64,000 bases of DNA from a virus: the IMG/VR virus record IMGVR_UViG_3300010316_000005, positions 96,001-160,000 of that record; one strand, given 5' to 3'. The notes below the pieces were generated by a model. The model had not been told where the DNA came from. It saw only the letters and a list, made by a program, of their open reading frames with translations, and did not search any database. Both the position numbers and the translations under genes were made by a program. Every line of letters starts with the position of its first letter. The stretch's first letter is position 1. Positions 8,450 to 19,361 of the stretch are shown piece by piece.

Positions 8450-9894
8450 TGTATGTTCCTTTTCTGCTGGGCGCAGACATTATAAAAATCAGCCATCTCC
8501 GGAAATGTTTCCAGAAAGTTTACGTTTCGTCTTTTGTCAAGTGCGTTAACAAAATCATAAAATTTAGCTCTCATTTTATTTATTTCAAGGACCGACTCTT
8601 CGGTGTACTTAAAGTTAACTCGATTCATTAAAATTCTTTCAAGCTTCTTAACTTCATATGGTTCAAACTTCCAGCCACAGTTATCATCATTGACATTAGC
8701 TTCCATAAACTCTAAACATTCTTTAATGTATGCTAGCAAGCCGTCGTCGCAATACTGTGCATCTAATAACTGAGGATGGCGTACATACGGAATATCTATT
8801 CCTATTCTCGACCGGCGCGTATTATGTTTGTTTTTAAGTTTAAGTACATGTTCTAGAACTTGCTTAAAGCTAGTAATTGCAAATAAGTTGTACGCAGCCA
8901 TTACTGTTACTCTAACAGACGTTTCGTCAAGTAACTGATTTATGCGTTTAAGAACATTGTCAAATTCAATTCCTGTCCTTGCGTACTCTGCCCGAGATCC
9001 CCAGCTTTCGAAGCTAGTAAAAATAGTAATCTTTTTGAAGTTTACGTCTTTTTCTAATATCTTAATTTTTTCTAGAAAATTATCCCATATCTGGTCCGGC
9101 ACAGAAAGATTAGTATTAATGCTAATTTCTAATTTATCAGACGGATGTACTACAACATAGTCAAGGCTGCGCAATGTGTTTTTATTTAACAATGGCTCGC
9201 CTCCTGTTATCCTAAAATGTCGTAACTTAGGATATATTTCCGGAAACCATTCCCAAAATGCATCAATATAAGGATTGTGTTCCCTGTTAGGAATGACTAA
9301 ATTGTCAAGATCCTGCCATCCTTGCACCCATTGATCTTCTGTATCCTTGCCATCAGTTACTTTAATTGGTCCGTGCTGCTTGAGTTCTTCTGCCCACTTT
9401 GAACTAAATTCAGGACCACAGTACGCACACTTCATATTACACGTATTACCGAAGCTTACTTCTAAATAAGTAGGCTTGAATATGTCGTCACCTTTAGATT
9501 TAGCAATGTTATCGTATTCTAATATTGCCCAGTCTTCGGTGCTCTTTAAATGACGATCACTTAAATTTTTGTTGTCCTCAATTCTCCAACAATAGTCACA
9601 CTCACCAGGACGCTTTCCGTTAAGCATTTCAGTTCTAGCAGCTTTTAATATTGTAGTATTAAAAAGTGCTGCTGGATTTTCTTTAAGTTCGTCGAGTGGT
9701 ATTTTATGTGGTACGGGATGATGACAACTATGCACCTGACCGGTACCTAAGTGCATAGTTACCTGAGTGAACTTTGCTAAACACATACTTGGACTAATAT
9801 GCGCCAACGCTTCTGTTACTTTATTAAGATTGTAATTGCTTTGATTAACTCTTCCGTGCTCGTCAAAGTCTATATTTAAGTCGTCAAGGTTCAT
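8446..9894 (-). CDS. Radical SAM protein with extra Cys-rich (SPASM/twitch-like) N-terminal domain
   Basis: CNMKCAYC (CxxxCxxC), ITGGEPLL, INTN; N-terminal C..SCHH..CDYCW. Confidence 0.9.
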   Translation of the reverse strand: MNLDDLNIDFDEHGRVNQSNYNLNKVTEALAHISPSMCLAKFTQVTMHLGTGQVHSCHHPVPHKIPLDELKENPAALFNTTILKAARTEMLNGKRPGECDYCWRIEDNKNLSDRHLKSTEDWAILEYDNIAKSKGDDIFKPTYLEVSFGNTCNMKCAYCGPEFSSKWAEELKQHGPIKVTDGKDTEDQWVQGWQDLDNLVIPNREHNPYIDAFWEWFPEIYPKLRHFRITGGEPLLNKNTLRSLDYVVVHPSDKLEISINTNLSVPDQIWDNFLEKIKILEKDVNFKKITIFTSFESWGSRAEYARTGIEFDNVLKRINQLLDETSVRVTVMAAYNLFAITSFKQVLEHVLKLKNKHNTRRSRIGIDIPYVRHPQLLDAQYCDDGLLAYIKECLEFMEANVNDDNCGWKFEPYEVKKLERILMNRVNFKYTEESVLEINKMRAKFYDFVNALDKRRNVNFLETFPEMADFYNVCAQQKRNIQ

Positions 9895-10829
9895 TATTTT
9901 TCAATCTCAATTAATCTATTAGATATTCTTTCAGGGTTTTTATAAACTTCTTTGAAAAACTTACTTTGCTGAACGTCAAACGGATTTTCAGCAATTGGCA
10001 GGTCTAATTCCTTAATAAGCTTCTTGCCTAAATCGGCAGTTTCGTCAAGGACCTCGTGGGCGCTATCAAATAGTGTCGACACTTCTGTTTCCCAGTAAGC
10101 GTTGAGCCATTTAAAGTCTCGTACATTTACATAATCCCAATCTGTACACATTGTTTTATACAGTCCTTCGCGGGCTCCAAATATCGCATACATACCGTTC
10201 TCTACATCAGCACCTGCCATAGTCCAAATATACAACCTATGCATATTCTTCCAGTGATTTTTAAGCAGTTGCTCTTTAGAAGTAGGACGAACTCCTTGAT
10301 CTAGACACATTTTTACACCTTCTCTAAATCCTGCTCTCCAAGCCTGTTGTGGAGAAGCATTATTGTGTATAGTGCTAAAGTTGCCTTCCATTTGAATATA
10401 TCGCACGTCCCAGCAGAATTCTACTTGCGCTGCTTTATTTCTTGGATCTGCTGCTTCGTGAGTTTTCATCGTTAATACGTGATTTTTAGGCCAACATTTT
10501 AAGCCGCCGTTGCCATACACTAATCCGTTAATTTGATTAACTGCGGCCCAACTAATAACACAGTTTTCTAGATCTTCATTTTGACTAAAATCTATTTCTT
10601 GTTCAAGGAATTTTCCATCAACAATGTTGTCGCCGTCAACTGTAATAAATCTATCAGTTTCACTTAGTCTTGCGCAAGCTTTGTGAGCAGCGTCGCTTCC
10701 TTCTACTCCGTGAACTCGTTTAGCCCAAGGAACTTTCTGGCACAAGTCGGCATAATTCTTCTCTGCGTTAGGTTCGTCGTATGACAAGTATATAATGTCA
10801 TAGTCTAGTACTCGAAATTTTTTGGTCAT
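9894..10829 (-). CDS. Putative glycosyltransferase (GT-A fold-like)
   Basis: YLSYDEP, AHKACA, ITVDGD (DxD), YGNGGLK, AWRAGFRE. Confidence 0.6.
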   Translation of the reverse strand: MTKKFRVLDYDIIYLSYDEPNAEKNYADLCQKVPWAKRVHGVEGSDAAHKACARLSETDRFITVDGDNIVDGKFLEQEIDFSQNEDLENCVISWAAVNQINGLVYGNGGLKCWPKNHVLTMKTHEAADPRNKAAQVEFCWDVRYIQMEGNFSTIHNNASPQQAWRAGFREGVKMCLDQGVRPTSKEQLLKNHWKNMHRLYIWTMAGADVENGMYAIFGAREGLYKTMCTDWDYVNVRDFKWLNAYWETEVSTLFDSAHEVLDETADLGKKLIKELDLPIAENPFDVQQSKFFKEVYKNPERISNRLIEIEK

Positions 10830-11449
10830 AGTTTAACCTCGTGTTTATAATTATCAAAATATTTGTTAGTGTAGATGCTCACTTCTAGATGATTAGATTC
10901 CCATTCGTTTTCGTAAGGAAATTCGATAACATTTTTATAAATTAGTTCTAATACTGCAACTTCAAACCTTCTAATAAGTACGTTTGGATCGTTTTTCTTA
11001 GTTATAGTAAAAGTTAGTTGCTTATGCTGATTGTATCCAGTTTTTTCAAGGAGCGACTGTATCTTCTTGTTTAATGAAACAGCCCATACTTTGTCCTGAA
11101 CGCGCTGTACTATTTTTAATTCGTAATCAGAAGTTTTGGAAACTTTTATCTCAAACAATCTATCATTGATTGACAGATTGTTGACGTTGTTATCTTTTTC
11201 AACTACTGCAAAATCCTTCATTGACGGAATATATGACACTACATAATCTTCCAGCCGTTTATAGCCGTGTAGTACCGGCAAGACGTCTTGCCGAGGCGAT
11301 AGTACCAATTCACTATTTGCTAACTCCGGCACAAGCTTATTAGCAATTCGAATAATTGCGCCTGTTTCTTTAGTATAGTACACAAAAACTTTGCCGCCAG
11401 TTTCAACTTGTTTTGCAATAGTATTAATTAAATCGTTAAGATCCGACAT
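10826..11449 (-). CDS. Hypothetical protein
   Basis: 207-aa ORF overlapping both neighbours. Confidence 0.6.
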   Translation of the reverse strand: MSDLNDLINTIAKQVETGGKVFVYYTKETGAIIRIANKLVPELANSELVLSPRQDVLPVLHGYKRLEDYVVSYIPSMKDFAVVEKDNNVNNLSINDRLFEIKVSKTSDYELKIVQRVQDKVWAVSLNKKIQSLLEKTGYNQHKQLTFTITKKNDPNVLIRRFEVAVLELIYKNVIEFPYENEWESNHLEVSIYTNKYFDNYKHEVKL

Positions 11450-12281
11450 TTAGTTCTCCCCTATATAGATCTTCTAACTTTTCAGTTAAAAAATCTTCTT
11501 CTGTATAGTGAAAGATTCCTTGCTGTAAATAGTTGCCAATCTTAATTTCAATGTTTTCGTTGATGTACAGCGCAGCTGAGTCAATCCAAGATGTATTAGA
11601 TGTTTGCCAATTTTGTATCTTCGATTTCATATGTGTAAATGTTACAAAATCCATTGACCCATTTGTAATCTCATGAGAAACATCTAAGATTTTAGCAACT
11701 AACGCAGCATTTACATCTACGCTGTTGCGAGACGGTGTTTCATTAGGAAGATATAGCTGGTAAAAATTCTGCCAGTTGTTGTTAACTACCTCGAGCCATG
11801 TGTAGAATTCGTGAGCTTTGTCGCACTTCTTAAAATAATGCATTCCTGAATATAGATTTGGAAGATTGTTGGCTACAAATGTCTTTCTATAAAAGTCCGA
11901 TGTAACTTTTTCGCCGCGATATGTATATACATCCGAAGCAAAAAACAATTCATAGTTTGACATAATATCAAATATGTGACTAATATCGCTTAGTATTAAC
12001 ATGTCGGCATCTAGAACCATAGTTTCATCATACGGAGTGGCATGATATATTTTCCAACGATTCTCGATCTTCCATAATGCATCTTCTGCGTCATCTTGAA
12101 AGGGGATTAAAATTATCTTATCAAAAAATTCCTGGTATTCTTTAGGAACTCTGTCATTAGTAATGATGCTAATTTTTTCTGTTGGATTCGTTTTACGTAA
12201 ACTCATTGCTAATACGCACGCCTGGCGAACGTAATCAGAGCCAATTGTGTTTTGCGCTAGTACAACTATACCTCTACTCAT
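11436..12281 (-). CDS. Putative glycosyltransferase (GT8-like)
   Basis: LAMSL, TPYDETMVLDADML (DxD), YSGMHYF, FTHMK. Confidence 0.7.
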   Translation of the reverse strand: MSRGIVVLAQNTIGSDYVRQACVLAMSLRKTNPTEKISIITNDRVPKEYQEFFDKIILIPFQDDAEDALWKIENRWKIYHATPYDETMVLDADMLILSDISHIFDIMSNYELFFASDVYTYRGEKVTSDFYRKTFVANNLPNLYSGMHYFKKCDKAHEFYTWLEVVNNNWQNFYQLYLPNETPSRNSVDVNAALVAKILDVSHEITNGSMDFVTFTHMKSKIQNWQTSNTSWIDSAALYINENIEIKIGNYLQQGIFHYTEEDFLTEKLEDLYRGELNVGS

Positions 12282-13135
12282 TTTGCTTGCTCCTGATCGA
12301 TAATTCTTCCTAAGCTAAACTTATTCATTACATGAAGGTCAACGCCTTGCGTAGTTATTGCAGTATATTGACCAAGATAATTCTCTTTTTCGACTAGAAT
12401 TGTCAATGTATCATCGTTAAGTTCTTCTAGTACATCTCGGTCAAGAGTATAATGATGACGACCTGGAAGAGGCTGGACAATGTCGCCTTTACTAAAACCA
12501 TTAATTATATGAATTGCAATACTAAAGGCGTAGTCGTTTCTAAACAAAGGATTATTGATTTGATAAACATCCCTGTAATGATCCCACTGTTGCTCAATGA
12601 AGCAAATTAGATTAAAAAATATTTCAGTAAGTAAGGTCTTTCTAAAGAACACAACAGTTGCCCACCAAAAATCAATGCCCTGGTCACTAGTTCTTGTAAA
12701 TTCAAATTTGTCTCTAAATTCTGCTAGATCTTGCGATTTATCAAATGCCATTATATCACTGACACTACCAAAACAGTTCTTAAGAATATCACTGCAAATA
12801 ATGTAGTCCGTGTCCATTAATAATGTTTCTTTATAAGGGGACAATTGATATGCTGAAGCGCGGTCACTGTTCTTAAATGGCAGTTGTCTTTTAGACATTG
12901 TGCCGTCAAAGTAATTACGAATGTTTGTTGCACTGGCTGTATAGTCAACTGCAATAATTTTATCAAATAGATCAGGGCCTGCTTCAGTTAATAAATAATC
13001 GTGCGAGTCTGTTATTACTGATACAGGCACATCTAAATATTGCTTAATACGTTTAGCAGAAAAGATAGCTTGTTTTACATAGTCAACTGTTCCGTTATTT
13101 TTTGCTATTAGCAGTGCGCCTTTACTTTCTGTCAT
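12278..13135 (-). CDS. Putative glycosyltransferase (GT8-like), paralog of 11436-12281
   Basis: SPYKETLLMDTDY, WATVVFF, RNDYAFS, HVMNK. Confidence 0.7.
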   Translation of the reverse strand: MTESKGALLIAKNNGTVDYVKQAIFSAKRIKQYLDVPVSVITDSHDYLLTEAGPDLFDKIIAVDYTASATNIRNYFDGTMSKRQLPFKNSDRASAYQLSPYKETLLMDTDYIICSDILKNCFGSVSDIMAFDKSQDLAEFRDKFEFTRTSDQGIDFWWATVVFFRKTLLTEIFFNLICFIEQQWDHYRDVYQINNPLFRNDYAFSIAIHIINGFSKGDIVQPLPGRHHYTLDRDVLEELNDDTLTILVEKENYLGQYTAITTQGVDLHVMNKFSLGRIIDQEQAK

Positions 13136-13481
13136 GATCGATTAACGCTTCTACAGTTCTCTTGCTTTTTATTTCGGTAAATTTATTATAGTAGTCGTTT
13201 GATGCTGAGAAATAAACGTCGAGAATATCGTCATAAAATTTACTCAAGTCCTCGATTTTAATCGGAGTGCTATTGTCGTCTAATAGTACAACATCTTGAT
13301 CTGTTCCGTGGTCTACTAAGTAGCCAACAAATGTAATCAAATCTTTAGATACTAAAAACTGACATCCGCCGTGATAAAATAATAGGTCTTCAAAATACTT
13401 TTCTTTAATCATTCTTTTTTGGTTATTAAGTGTAACCATATAGTTAGAAATGTCTAACGCTTGCTTTAATCTTTCATCCAT
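13122..13481 (-). CDS. Hypothetical protein
   Basis: 119-aa ORF with GAGG RBS, directly downstream of a sigma70-type promoter. Confidence 0.7.
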   Translation of the reverse strand: MDERLKQALDISNYMVTLNNQKRMIKEKYFEDLLFYHGGCQFLVSKDLITFVGYLVDHGTDQDVVLLDDNSTPIKIEDLSKFYDDILDVYFSASNDYYNKFTEIKSKRTVEALIDHDRK

Positions 13482-13502
13482 TAAGAGTCCTCACTTTACT
13501 CG

Positions 13503-13531
13503 ATTATATACTAATTTATCAAGAAAGTCAA
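13503..13531 (-). promoter_or_regulatory. Sigma70-type promoter (TTGACT-17-TATAAT)
   Basis: -35 at 13531-13526, -10 at 13508-13503, 17-nt spacer. Confidence 0.75.
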
Positions 13532-13538
13532 GTGGTTA

Positions 13539-14465
13539 TTATAAAATTGATATGTTTGCCGATGCCGGGGCAGTCAGTGATACAGTGTCGTATGGAGAAC
13601 CGTCAATGTTTACTGTTCCGTCTGGAAGCGCAATAGAAGCACTGCTAGTTAATGTTCCTTGTACTAGATCGTCTACTGTTCCAGTAGCATCATCGTTAAA
13701 TTCTACTAATACACGTATTCTCAAATCGCTGTCTTCTCTAATTCTTATACGATAGTCATTTCCTGAATAGCTAGATGCAAAACGCTGATAACAAGTTTGA
13801 TATGATCCTGTTAAATCATAGTTACCAATTGACGATCCTGTTCCTATTCCATTGTTACTAAAAGTAGCATCGTAATCAAAGCTAATAACTCCAGCAGTAC
13901 TTAACATATTCTGCCATTCTAAAGTCTTTGAGTCCGACCCATTATAAGCAATATTAGCACTTATTCGTAATTCACCGCCTGCGTTAAAAAAGTGGCGTCT
14001 TGCTACTATAGACGGCCACGTTACTGTAAACTGGTGGGTTAATTGTGTATTCCAACCCGTCGATCTAGAGCTCGACACTAATCCTTGTATAGTAGCCTGC
14101 GTCGAAATATCCATTGTGAATTTATTATTTTCAATGTCCGTCATCAACGATTCGAGTGTAATTATGAGACTTTCTAATGGTTTATCAGTCGATCCCCCAT
14201 TGGTTAAAAAGTCTCCAATTGGCAATGCGTCAACACTAAACGCTGATCCAATTTGGTGCGTTCTAGCACGAGCAAGATCAATATATAAATTGCCCCACTG
14301 CGCTGCGGTTATTTTACTTGTACCTGAAACTACAGGCGAAGTCGCTGCACTTTCAAGACTTTGGCCATAGCCTGTTGTAGGGGCTCCGCTAGTCGACGTC
14401 CCCATAATAGCTGCTATTCTGTCTTGTAAATTATTAAATCTAGTGCTAGTGACTAATGTGGGCAA
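13539..14465 (-). CDS. Virion structural / fibre-associated protein
   Basis: NNLQ.RI..I.G...GYGQ and RRHFFNAGGELRIS motifs shared with 14493-15959; TAAATA at 14489-14484 upstream. Confidence 0.65.
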   Translation of the reverse strand: MPTLVTSTRFNNLQDRIAAIMGTSTSGAPTTGYGQSLESAATSPVVSGTSKITAAQWGNLYIDLARARTHQIGSAFSVDALPIGDFLTNGGSTDKPLESLIITLESLMTDIENNKFTMDISTQATIQGLVSSSRSTGWNTQLTHQFTVTWPSIVARRHFFNAGGELRISANIAYNGSDSKTLEWQNMLSTAGVISFDYDATFSNNGIGTGSSIGNYDLTGSYQTCYQRFASSYSGNDYRIRIREDSDLRIRVLVEFNDDATGTVDDLVQGTLTSSASIALPDGTVNIDGSPYDTVSLTAPASANISIL

Positions 14466-14492
14466 ACTGATTCTCCTTAAAGTTATTTATTC

Positions 14493-15959
14493 TTAAGGAA
14501 CAATGTTAGTATTAAATACACTAATCCAGTCTTCTGCCGAGCCCATGTCTAATTCGTAAATAGTAATGCCTCTAGCATTGCACTTAGAAACTAGTAAGTC
14601 AATACTTGCTTGTACTGTACTTCTACGCATTGAGCCAGAATTATCAATCGCTAGCGCAATTTCTGCGCCCGCAGTAACTTGATCTACATTAGCTAATGAA
14701 TACCAATCAGATGCTTTATTTACATCGCTATCATCTCTTGCTACACCCCTATAAGTAAATAACGGATCATTTTGAGTAACTGTTGGAATATTTAGATCGT
14801 TGTCTGCATCTGAAAATGCTCCGTCTGGTCCTGGTTCAAATAGATAGAATGGACGATCTGGCCAAGTATTTCTAAATTGTATCCAATTACTCTCGTTTTG
14901 CTGAACTCCTGAATTTGACGCTTCGTCAATAATAGCAATTACCGGAATTAATTGATCTGCTGTTGCTGCTGGAGGAGGTGGAGGCTGAGCAGGAGTTGAG
15001 AATGAGCTTAATGTAGTGTCGTTTGCGTATACCGGACCTGTTACTCTAACAAAGTCTGTATCAGCCCTTAATTGCTGCACGGTGCTAGTTAGCGTGCCGT
15101 CGACGTCATTGTCAATTGTTCCGCCTACTACTACGTCGTTGAGTTCAATTCTAAATTGCAGCTGAGTCTGACTTATCTCTCTTGCTTTAACAATATAGAT
15201 GTTTCCTGCGTAGACGCCACTTACAGAACCTTGCCCTACTTTTTGATAAATTGTTTGATAATTAGTTGTTAATGAATAGTTACCAATCGCGGTTACTGTC
15301 ACTCCGCCTGAGTTTGGTAACGTACTAGTAGTTTCATTATAGTTAAACTTAATAACTCCAACTTCAGCTAACAATGCATTCCAGTCTTGTCCCTTTGTTC
15401 CAGCCGCTCCGCTATTATTTCCACTAATTCTTATTTCGCCGCCTGAGTTAAAAAAGAATCTACGCTGATCTGAACTGCTAAATGAAACTGTAAATTCATG
15501 TACAATCAATCCGTTCCAAGGCTGACTTCTTGTGCTGCTAATTCCTGTCTGCAATGTGCCACTAAAGATTTCAAACTTATCTGCTTCAATTTTTGACATT
15601 AATATTTCATAATCAGTAATACCCTTTGCCGTTCCAAACGGGTCAGTAGTAACATTTCCTGTTCCGTCGTCGATATTACTAGTATCCTCGCCGGCAATAT
15701 TTCGTGATGCACCTTCTGCTAACACTTTCATAATTTCAGCAGTTTCTACACCCGTTTGGTGCGCTCTTGCTTTAATCATATCAGTGTATAGTGAATTTAA
15801 ATCAGTAGCACTAATTGTTGAATTGTTTGCTGTAGGTTGACTGCTAACTGGATAACTTGCTACAGTTTGTCCATATCCCGACTGACCTGATCCGACGCCA
15901 AATATATTATCAATTCTAGCTTGTAAATTATTATGTCTTGTTGCTGTAATGTCAGCCAT
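14493..15959 (-). CDS. Virion structural protein with Pro-rich linker and C-terminal vWA-like domain
   Basis: Paralog of 13539-14465, extended by TPAQPPPPPAA and LAIDNSGSM (DxSxS). Confidence 0.6.
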   Translation of the reverse strand: MADITATRHNNLQARIDNIFGVGSGQSGYGQTVASYPVSSQPTANNSTISATDLNSLYTDMIKARAHQTGVETAEIMKVLAEGASRNIAGEDTSNIDDGTGNVTTDPFGTAKGITDYEILMSKIEADKFEIFSGTLQTGISSTRSQPWNGLIVHEFTVSFSSSDQRRFFFNSGGEIRISGNNSGAAGTKGQDWNALLAEVGVIKFNYNETTSTLPNSGGVTVTAIGNYSLTTNYQTIYQKVGQGSVSGVYAGNIYIVKAREISQTQLQFRIELNDVVVGGTIDNDVDGTLTSTVQQLRADTDFVRVTGPVYANDTTLSSFSTPAQPPPPPAATADQLIPVIAIIDEASNSGVQQNESNWIQFRNTWPDRPFYLFEPGPDGAFSDADNDLNIPTVTQNDPLFTYRGVARDDSDVNKASDWYSLANVDQVTAGAEIALAIDNSGSMRRSTVQASIDLLVSKCNARGITIYELDMGSAEDWISVFNTNIVP

Positions 15960-15968
15960 ATTGCTTCC

Positions 15969-17432
15969 TTAAACTTTTAGTACGCACTCAACTAGTTTCT
16001 CACCATCATCGAGATTTGTCTCTAATGCAATACCTACTAGCGCCTTAGTTGCTAAGGTAGTACTTACTCCGTCTGACATTGCGTAAACAGCTTGGCCTTT
16101 TTTAACAGCGCCTTTTACTCTTACTGGAAGACGTCCTTTTAGTCCAATGTACTGGCCGTCTGCTTCACTGTTCATCATATAAGCCGGATCGGTTGACACA
16201 ACTCCTACACAAAAATCACTTGCACTAGCTGGGCCAACTTCGTGATCACTGTGTGCGCAAACTGCTACTGCTGTCCCCGGTGCTAGATCATCGCCTGTAG
16301 TATATTTTTCCGCTAAGTCAGCGTATCTTGCTTGCGTAGCAATACCTTGGAAAAGGTTTGCTGTTAAGTTACCTGATGCGTCTCTTGCTGCAATTGTGTT
16401 AGCAGTTGATGCAACCGCTGCTGAGCGATACGAAGCACCGTCAACTCTTAGTGCGTTAGCTTGGGTTGCTGTGCCGCTGAGCGTAGTTGCATAAACAGTG
16501 TCCCACTTTAATGATGCTGTGCCTAAGTTGTATGTGTTGTCGCTTCCTGGAAGTAATCCAGATGATCTAATCTCAACTGATGTTGTAGCTGTGCCGCCTG
16601 CATCTCTTGCCTTAAATCTAATAACGTTAGATGATCCTAGTTGGTTTTCAATAACTGCATCGCTGCTGTTCTCGACATACAGTCTAAACGGTAAGCTATC
16701 ACCGATTGTAATACCAGCATCACCAAATACGTTGTTGCCGCCTGCTTGAACAAAATCGTTAGCAGTAAAGCCACCTAGTCTATCAGCGTTTGACGCAGTT
16801 CCCCACCAGCGATAATCAGTTGATGTTACTCCAGTAGCTGAATCTTTTAAAGTTAAGCCTTGTCTAATGTATGTAAAACCTGTATATGGCCCGGTATTAG
16901 CAAACGATATACCTAGTGTAAATGATGCGTTGTTGCTGATAACATAAACAGACTGATCGTCAAGGGTAGCACGAATAACTGTTTTTGTATTGCCTACATC
17001 ATCAAGTACATTTTCGCTAACTAGCTGCGTTACACCTGTACCTGCTGCCTGCGGGCCAATTAGTATGAAGATTGCTCCATTGAATACATAAAGCTGATCA
17101 TTAGCAGTATCCCACCAAAAGTCGCCTATTGATAAGCCGCCTGGTTCCGAGGCTGCTACTTCTGATCCGCCTGTAGTTCTCCACTGCGTTCCATCGTAAA
17201 ACTTTAGTTTACTATTTGCGCTGTCAAACCAAACCTGACCGCTTAGTGCTCTTGGCGGAGGGTTTGCTCCGGCAAAGTTTTCTAAAAGAAACAAGAAGTT
17301 TTCGTTTACTGTTTCTCCGTAGCCTGCGTAGTTCTTACCGATAAATTTAATATCAGTAGCAGTCGAATCTATAGTTCCATCTTCTACTATAGTTAGAACT
17401 GTGTTGTTATATCTGTCAATTTGATAAGCCAT
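15969..17432 (-). CDS. Tail fibre-like protein with C-terminal chaperone-like domain
   Basis: Shared N-terminal GKNYAGYG..ENF..LLENFA..GQVW module; C-terminal YADLAEKY...GVVSTDPAYMMN...GRLPVRV. Confidence 0.7.
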   Translation of the reverse strand: MAYQIDRYNNTVLTIVEDGTIDSTATDIKFIGKNYAGYGETVNENFLFLLENFAGANPPPRALSGQVWFDSANSKLKFYDGTQWRTTGGSEVAASEPGGLSIGDFWWDTANDQLYVFNGAIFILIGPQAAGTGVTQLVSENVLDDVGNTKTVIRATLDDQSVYVISNNASFTLGISFANTGPYTGFTYIRQGLTLKDSATGVTSTDYRWWGTASNADRLGGFTANDFVQAGGNNVFGDAGITIGDSLPFRLYVENSSDAVIENQLGSSNVIRFKARDAGGTATTSVEIRSSGLLPGSDNTYNLGTASLKWDTVYATTLSGTATQANALRVDGASYRSAAVASTANTIAARDASGNLTANLFQGIATQARYADLAEKYTTGDDLAPGTAVAVCAHSDHEVGPASASDFCVGVVSTDPAYMMNSEADGQYIGLKGRLPVRVKGAVKKGQAVYAMSDGVSTTLATKALVGIALETNLDDGEKLVECVLKV

Positions 17433-17474
17433 TATTTATGAACCCTTCGTGTGCTTTACTATTATTTATCGTTT

Positions 17475-19358
17475 TTACGGATAAGTGAACGAGTCCCCAA
17501 CGGAGTAGTTCCATGATGATCCATCTGATATGTAAACCATTAACTGCCTTGTCGGAATAAGGGTTACTGTACCAGATGATGTGTTAGAATTTTGAATATC
17601 TTGTATTACAGATTCGTTCTGTGTGCCATTGCTATCAACAGCGATTCTTGATACTGTAAGAGACTCGCCTGCGTCAGCGTCAGTACTGTCTCGAATAGTT
17701 ACTTCAACTCCCGACACAGTTGCGTTTGTATAGCCCGCAGCGTGAATTCGTACTATCTTGGTACTGTTTGTAGGGTCGGGCGGTATAAGGTCGTCTAAGA
17801 AGCTCTCTACATTGTTTATCAGCGTTGCTCCTACACCTAATCCACTTATGTCCATTGTAAGAATAATTGGTGCTTGTATAACTTGATCGTCAACATACTG
17901 CTTAGTAGCAGCATCTTGCGGGCTTGTTGGATCTGCAACTCCTTGTATAGGAGCATCATCAAGAACAATAGCATTGTTGCTAGTATTGATGTTTAATGCC
18001 GTTCCGTTAGTAGAAATAGTATTTCCAACAAAATTCATACCATCTACGTTTAGTTCAGTTAATGTTCCTATTTCAGTTAAACCTGTAGCTCTAGTTATAG
18101 TTGGTCCAATTTCTGTAGGTGTAATTTTGTCAACGCCGTTGATTCTATAAACCTCTCCGTTTAATAGATCCATTCCAACGTTCGAAGTCCAGCTATTTGT
18201 AAGTATGCGCCAAGTAAGGGTCTTGTCACCGTTTAGCGATCTAAGAATGATGCCGCCGTCTTCTACTGCAAAGTCAGAAAGCAATGTATTGTCGCCCATT
18301 GTAGCAAGTTCAATCTGGTGATCCTCTACTCTAAGAGTAGTAATATCTAATGATACTGTTTCACCTTCAATTAACAAATCTCCAGTAACTCTTAAATCTC
18401 CCGAAACGTCTAGAGTGTATTCTGGTTCGCTGTTAAAGATACCTACTCGAGCTGTGCCTGCATCAATATACACCGCGTCCTCAATAGTTCCACCAAGTGC
18501 TGATGAATTTACCCTTAGAATTAAGTCTTGGTTGTTGATTTGGTTCTGCATAATAAAGTTATTAGTACCTGGTTCAACAAACTGTCTGTGGTTCTGAGAT
18601 AATCCGATAGAAATACCACCTTGGTTTTGAATAGTTAATGTACCAACTGTAATACCATTTCTATTAGCAGGAAGGAACTGGTCAACTGATACTGCGTTTC
18701 CGCTAGCATCTACTAACGCTCTTGCTCTAGCAGCCGTTCCTCTAAATTGGAAATTTGTTTGATCGAACACATTAAGCCCACTAAATACCTGCCCACTTAA
18801 ATTATCATCAGTTACTAATTCAGTAATCAGGTCTGCCGTCGACGGTACAAATTGACTGTCACTATACACAGCAACTCTATTGCCGCCGATGTATAAGCCA
18901 AGTACAGTAATAAGTCTACCGTTAATGTCTACTAAATTCTCAGCTTTGAATCCGCTTGTTCCCTGGTTGTTAGTATACTCTGGGCCAATTAATGTTAGGT
19001 CAGTGCCGTCAAATGTGTAAAGTTGATTGTTTACATTGTCAATCCAGAGGTCGCCTGCAACCATCTGTGGACGATCTGGCTGAACAAATGGACCGCCTGC
19101 TGCGTTCCATTGTGATCCGTTGTATACCTTTAATCTTTGTTCTGATTTATCCCACCACACTTGCCCAGTCAACGGGTTGCTTGGTGCGGCAGTATTAGCA
19201 AAACTTTCTAACAGTTTGATAAAGTTTTCATTAAAAGCTTCACCATAGCCATTGTAATTTCTACCAACTAATGTTAAATTAGTACTAGTATCATCAATTT
19301 GCCCATCGATTAACTCTGTTAGCAATGTACCGTCTGTTCTGTTTAGTTGATAACTCAT
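17475..19358 (-). CDS. Tail fibre / baseplate fibre-anchoring protein
   Basis: Same N-terminal module; PEYTLDVSGD and DAATKQYVD fibre motifs. Confidence 0.7.
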   Translation of the reverse strand: MSYQLNRTDGTLLTELIDGQIDDTSTNLTLVGRNYNGYGEAFNENFIKLLESFANTAAPSNPLTGQVWWDKSEQRLKVYNGSQWNAAGGPFVQPDRPQMVAGDLWIDNVNNQLYTFDGTDLTLIGPEYTNNQGTSGFKAENLVDINGRLITVLGLYIGGNRVAVYSDSQFVPSTADLITELVTDDNLSGQVFSGLNVFDQTNFQFRGTAARARALVDASGNAVSVDQFLPANRNGITVGTLTIQNQGGISIGLSQNHRQFVEPGTNNFIMQNQINNQDLILRVNSSALGGTIEDAVYIDAGTARVGIFNSEPEYTLDVSGDLRVTGDLLIEGETVSLDITTLRVEDHQIELATMGDNTLLSDFAVEDGGIILRSLNGDKTLTWRILTNSWTSNVGMDLLNGEVYRINGVDKITPTEIGPTITRATGLTEIGTLTELNVDGMNFVGNTISTNGTALNINTSNNAIVLDDAPIQGVADPTSPQDAATKQYVDDQVIQAPIILTMDISGLGVGATLINNVESFLDDLIPPDPTNSTKIVRIHAAGYTNATVSGVEVTIRDSTDADAGESLTVSRIAVDSNGTQNESVIQDIQNSNTSSGTVTLIPTRQLMVYISDGSSWNYSVGDSFTYP

Positions 19359-19361
19359 GTT

